From a virus (lineage: Duplodnaviria > Caudoviricetes): a stretch of DNA of 57,647 bases. The notes under the pieces were generated by a model. The model searched no databases. It was not told the DNA's origin and saw only the letters and a list, made by a program, of their open reading frames with translations. Below, one piece after another: positions 54,876 to 57,647 of the stretch (position 1 is the stretch's first letter; every line of letters begins with the position of its first letter). Position numbers and translations under genes: made by a program. The stretch spans positions 1-57,647 of the IMG/VR virus record IMGVR_UViG_3300032322_001160; one strand, given 5' to 3'.

Positions 54876-57065
54876 TTACGTCCTCTTTTCCAAGGCCTTC
54901 ATTAGCGCGTACATACGCTTTGCACCCTTGCGCCGTGAGCCGTTGCCCATGGCACGTACTGCTTTTGCGGTGAACACAAATTCGCCGTCCGAGAGCATGG
55001 CTGGAATCGAATCCGACGTACCCGTGCCGGGGCCGTTGATAGGGCCAGTCTTTCGAGGGAAGCTCGAAGTACCGCGTTTCAAACTGGCGATACCGCCTGT
55101 GGCATAACGATACGCTTGTCCGGTGGATGCGGAAACGGTTCTCACATCGGGCGTCAAATAGTACGGATTTTGTCTGTACAGTTCTGCGCCTGAGGTTGGC
55201 ATATCTGGCTTTGGCGGCGGTTCTGGTGTGTCAAACGCCCCACCTAAATAAGCCGCACCCAGAGCCGCACCGGCGAGAGGGCCGTAGGTTGCGACCATAC
55301 CGGGCATGCTGGCTTCATACGCCTTCAAGGCAAGGTCTTTACTACCTGTCCTAGCCAAAGTGTCGGCATAAGCCTTTTCTGCGTTCTTAGCTCCAGCGGA
55401 CTGTATGCCACTCGGAGACAGGTATTCGTCGTAGAGATCGCCAACCTTCGATGCAGCGGTCTTGCCTGCCTCGACAAACTTACCCTGACTAACCAAGTCC
55501 ATCACGCCTTGCGATGGAGCCGCTGCGGGGGACATGGCGTCAAGTTTCAGAGGACCCGCGTCACCCGGCATCTTTATGCCAAGCATAGTGCCGGTATCCG
55601 TTAGGGCCGGGGGGGCGGGTGGGACATTAGTACCCGACAGGCTTGGCTGTACGCGAGCACCTGTCCCCGTATAACTGGAGAGGTTAGGAACGTCAGGGGA
55701 AATCCGCTCTAATCCCGTTTGCGTGGGAACGGCAGCGGTTCTGCCACTAATCACATCCAGTTTTAGGTCATCCAAATTCTGTACTGCGGACTCCACCGGA
55801 GCGCCAGTGGTTGTCTTACTCACTGTTCTGCCCAAAGCGTCTGTTTGATAAGTGGTGATCGTGCCGTCAGGATTAGGAACGCTCTGTGCGCTCTTAGCCG
55901 CAGCAGGGGACATCCGACCTGCTGCTGCCGTCTCATCTATAGCGCCTGCTCCGGCGGGAGATACAGGGGCCGCTGCTGCTGCTTCATCTACAGCGCCTGC
56001 GGCCTTCGTTGCTGCTGCCGCTTCATCCGCTGCGCCTGCGGCCTTTGTTACGTCTACCGCAGGCTTGCCAGCAACCGTGTCAGTAAAGCTCTTCCACGAC
56101 TCAGAAACACTCGTAGGACCTGTGTAAGAACCCGACTTAAACGCTGAAGCACCGCCCATTACACCCGAGAAGGCACCTGCGGTCAAACCACCCATGGCAC
56201 CCGATTTCAAGGCCTCGCTAATGCTGCCCCCGGCCATCAAAGTCGAACCAGCAGAACCCACAAAGCCGCTAATCGCGGCTACACCCACACTCGAAGTAAC
56301 ACCCAGCATACTCGCCGCTGCTGGGCCTAAGAAGAAGCCCAACGCCACCGAAGTAACAATTCGTCCCACGGTGCTGCTTGCAAACTTTTTGACGGCTTTG
56401 CCGATGCCCCGGACAGCGCCTTTGATGGCTTTACCTACGCGTGTGAACGCTCCACCGATGGCTTTTCCCAGTTTTTTCAAAAAGAATTCAGGCAGTCCTG
56501 TGACGGGGTTGATCGTTCCTGATCCGCCTGCGCGCATCAGCATACGCGCCTCGCGTGGCGTGATGTGCGCCAGCATCTTATCGCCACCTCGGCCCAAGCT
56601 TGCAATTCCGGCAGAGATGGGGTTTTTGACCATTCCACCGCGAGCAAAACCCTGAATAACCGGCTGAGAAATCTGATCCAACGCCATGTCCAACGCCATC
56701 AAATACATGGGGTCAAACTCAGCGGGCAAGAGGTCTTCTGGAACACCCTCTTTAATCAGTTCCTGCCGGTTTTCTGTGTACTTATTTGGCTCTTGAAGAA
56801 GGACATCCACCATCTCCTTCATTAAGTCAATCAGTTCCTGAGGCAATTGCATGCCACGCAACATCATGCGTAGCTCTGCCACCGCCTGCGGATCAGCTTG
56901 CTCCGCCGCGTTGAACATCTCAGTGTTGAACTGTTGAGGAGAGATAGAGTTGCGAAGCTCGTTGAGCGTCGCATCGTCTTCAGGGGTGAGATAACTCTTA
57001 GCGGCATTGCCTTGACCCGACATTTCGGGAACTAAGGACATGACGCCCTGCATCGCTTCAGCCAT
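54876..57065 (-). CDS. Putative ejection protein with tape-measure-like C-terminal module
   Basis: FARGGMV, GRGGDKMLAHI..INPVTGLPEF, hydrophobic Gly/Ala helices, YATGG..GPGTGTSDSIPAMLSDGEFVFTAKAV; start placed at ATG 57065. Confidence 0.65.
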   Translation of the reverse strand: MAEAMQGVMSLVPEMSGQGNAAKSYLTPEDDATLNELRNSISPQQFNTEMFNAAEQADPQAVAELRMMLRGMQLPQELIDLMKEMVDVLLQEPNKYTENRQELIKEGVPEDLLPAEFDPMYLMALDMALDQISQPVIQGFARGGMVKNPISAGIASLGRGGDKMLAHITPREARMLMRAGGSGTINPVTGLPEFFLKKLGKAIGGAFTRVGKAIKGAVRGIGKAVKKFASSTVGRIVTSVALGFFLGPAAASMLGVTSSVGVAAISGFVGSAGSTLMAGGSISEALKSGAMGGLTAGAFSGVMGGASAFKSGSYTGPTSVSESWKSFTDTVAGKPAVDVTKAAGAADEAAAATKAAGAVDEAAAAAPVSPAGAGAIDETAAAGRMSPAAAKSAQSVPNPDGTITTYQTDALGRTVSKTTTGAPVESAVQNLDDLKLDVISGRTAAVPTQTGLERISPDVPNLSSYTGTGARVQPSLSGTNVPPAPPALTDTGTMLGIKMPGDAGPLKLDAMSPAAAPSQGVMDLVSQGKFVEAGKTAASKVGDLYDEYLSPSGIQSAGAKNAEKAYADTLARTGSKDLALKAYEASMPGMVATYGPLAGAALGAAYLGGAFDTPEPPPKPDMPTSGAELYRQNPYYLTPDVRTVSASTGQAYRYATGGIASLKRGTSSFPRKTGPINGPGTGTSDSIPAMLSDGEFVFTAKAVRAMGNGSRRKGAKRMYALMKALEKRT

Positions 57066-57155
57066 GATAATCCTTTCCAAAGTGGCAATAGACCCTCGTG
57101 CAGGGTCGCGCGCCGGGAAAGGACGCGGAATTGTCAGCAATTATGTGGTAATTCA

Positions 57156-57482
57156 TTAGTTTCTGTCCACTTCAAGATAGCTTAGATAGAAATGTACGGT
57201 AGCAACCGACGATGTCACTTTGAGAATATCCCCGGCTTCTACAATGCAAGGAATCCCGTTGAAAACGTCAAAAGTCTCGTTGACGGGCAGCGCCCTTACC
57301 TTTTGCAAAAAATGTGGAGTGCCCGAGACAACCTGTGTCACCGTGATCAGCGCACTAGATGTACCTGCATTGGTCACCCGCAGTGAGCGTATGATGCCCG
57401 TATTCGCCGCAGGCACGGTATAGATCGTCGTCTCCGTGGCAGCAGAGGGAATCAGGTACTTGCGTAGGTATTTATTTGCCAT
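57156..57482 (-). CDS. Small beta-rich tail structural protein
   Basis: TTIYTVP..IIRSLRVTN..EAGDILKV..SYLE; similar fold type to 7947..8354. Confidence 0.65.
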   Translation of the reverse strand: MANKYLRKYLIPSAATETTIYTVPAANTGIIRSLRVTNAGTSSALITVTQVVSGTPHFLQKVRALPVNETFDVFNGIPCIVEAGDILKVTSSVATVHFYLSYLEVDRN

Positions 57483-57535
57483 TGCCGCTCACTTATAAAA
57501 CGCTCATCGACTGACTTCTTCCCAGTCTTAGCACT

Positions 57536-57647
57536 TCACTGCGTCAAATCATAGAAAGACAGGGAACCTACCCCCCCGCCAGACCCAGCGCCACCAGTCG
57601 TGACAACTCTGGCGGCTAATGTGTAGATGTCACTTACCCCAGCCAAA
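57536..57647 (-). CDS. 3' end of a structural gene entering from the right edge
   Basis: Open frame LAGVSDIYTLAARVVTTGGAGSGGGVGSLSFYDLTQ then stop. Confidence 0.55.
   Translation of the reverse strand, partial: LAGVSDIYTLAARVVTTGGAGSGGGVGSLSFYDLTQ

Noticed and set aside
1-57647. tRNA, rRNA or insertion sequence
   Set aside because: No cloverleaf, rRNA-like tract or transposase was recognised by eye; a covariance-model search would be needed to exclude small RNAs

Overview
The window is most of the genome of an apparently lytic tailed dsDNA phage (Caudoviricetes). It is probably short-tailed and resembles uncultured aquatic phages; a betaproteobacterial host is a weak guess. Almost all genes are on the - strand. 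From the left: lysis module (GH19 endolysin, lipoprotein, membrane proteins), LamG/Gly-rich receptor-binding and tail/adaptor genes, small basic proteins, a free-standing GIY-YIG endonuclease, major capsid, scaffold, GroES, portal, a 1568-aa modular protein and the terminase large subunit. Between terL and the resolvase/terS pair lie a GC-rich heptamer array and a self-contained early cassette with repeated promoter-leader units. Then come an AT-rich putative origin, many small ORFs, a PolA/UvrD/primase/SSB replication module, a + strand SNF2 helicase and exonuclease pair, and large putative ejection proteins. I found no integrase, tRNA, CRISPR array or reverse transcriptase. The most notable signals are: (1) a short [FYM]-x-x-G-G-x-[VIMA] motif shared by six otherwise unrelated late proteins, which punctuates the 1568-aa protein like a docking or processing signal; (2) the putative first-entry anti-defence cassette, which seems to avoid GCAG/CTGC and encodes an acidic repeat protein; (3) an AUU start codon in the lysis region. 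All functional calls rest on motif recognition and gene order, not database searches.
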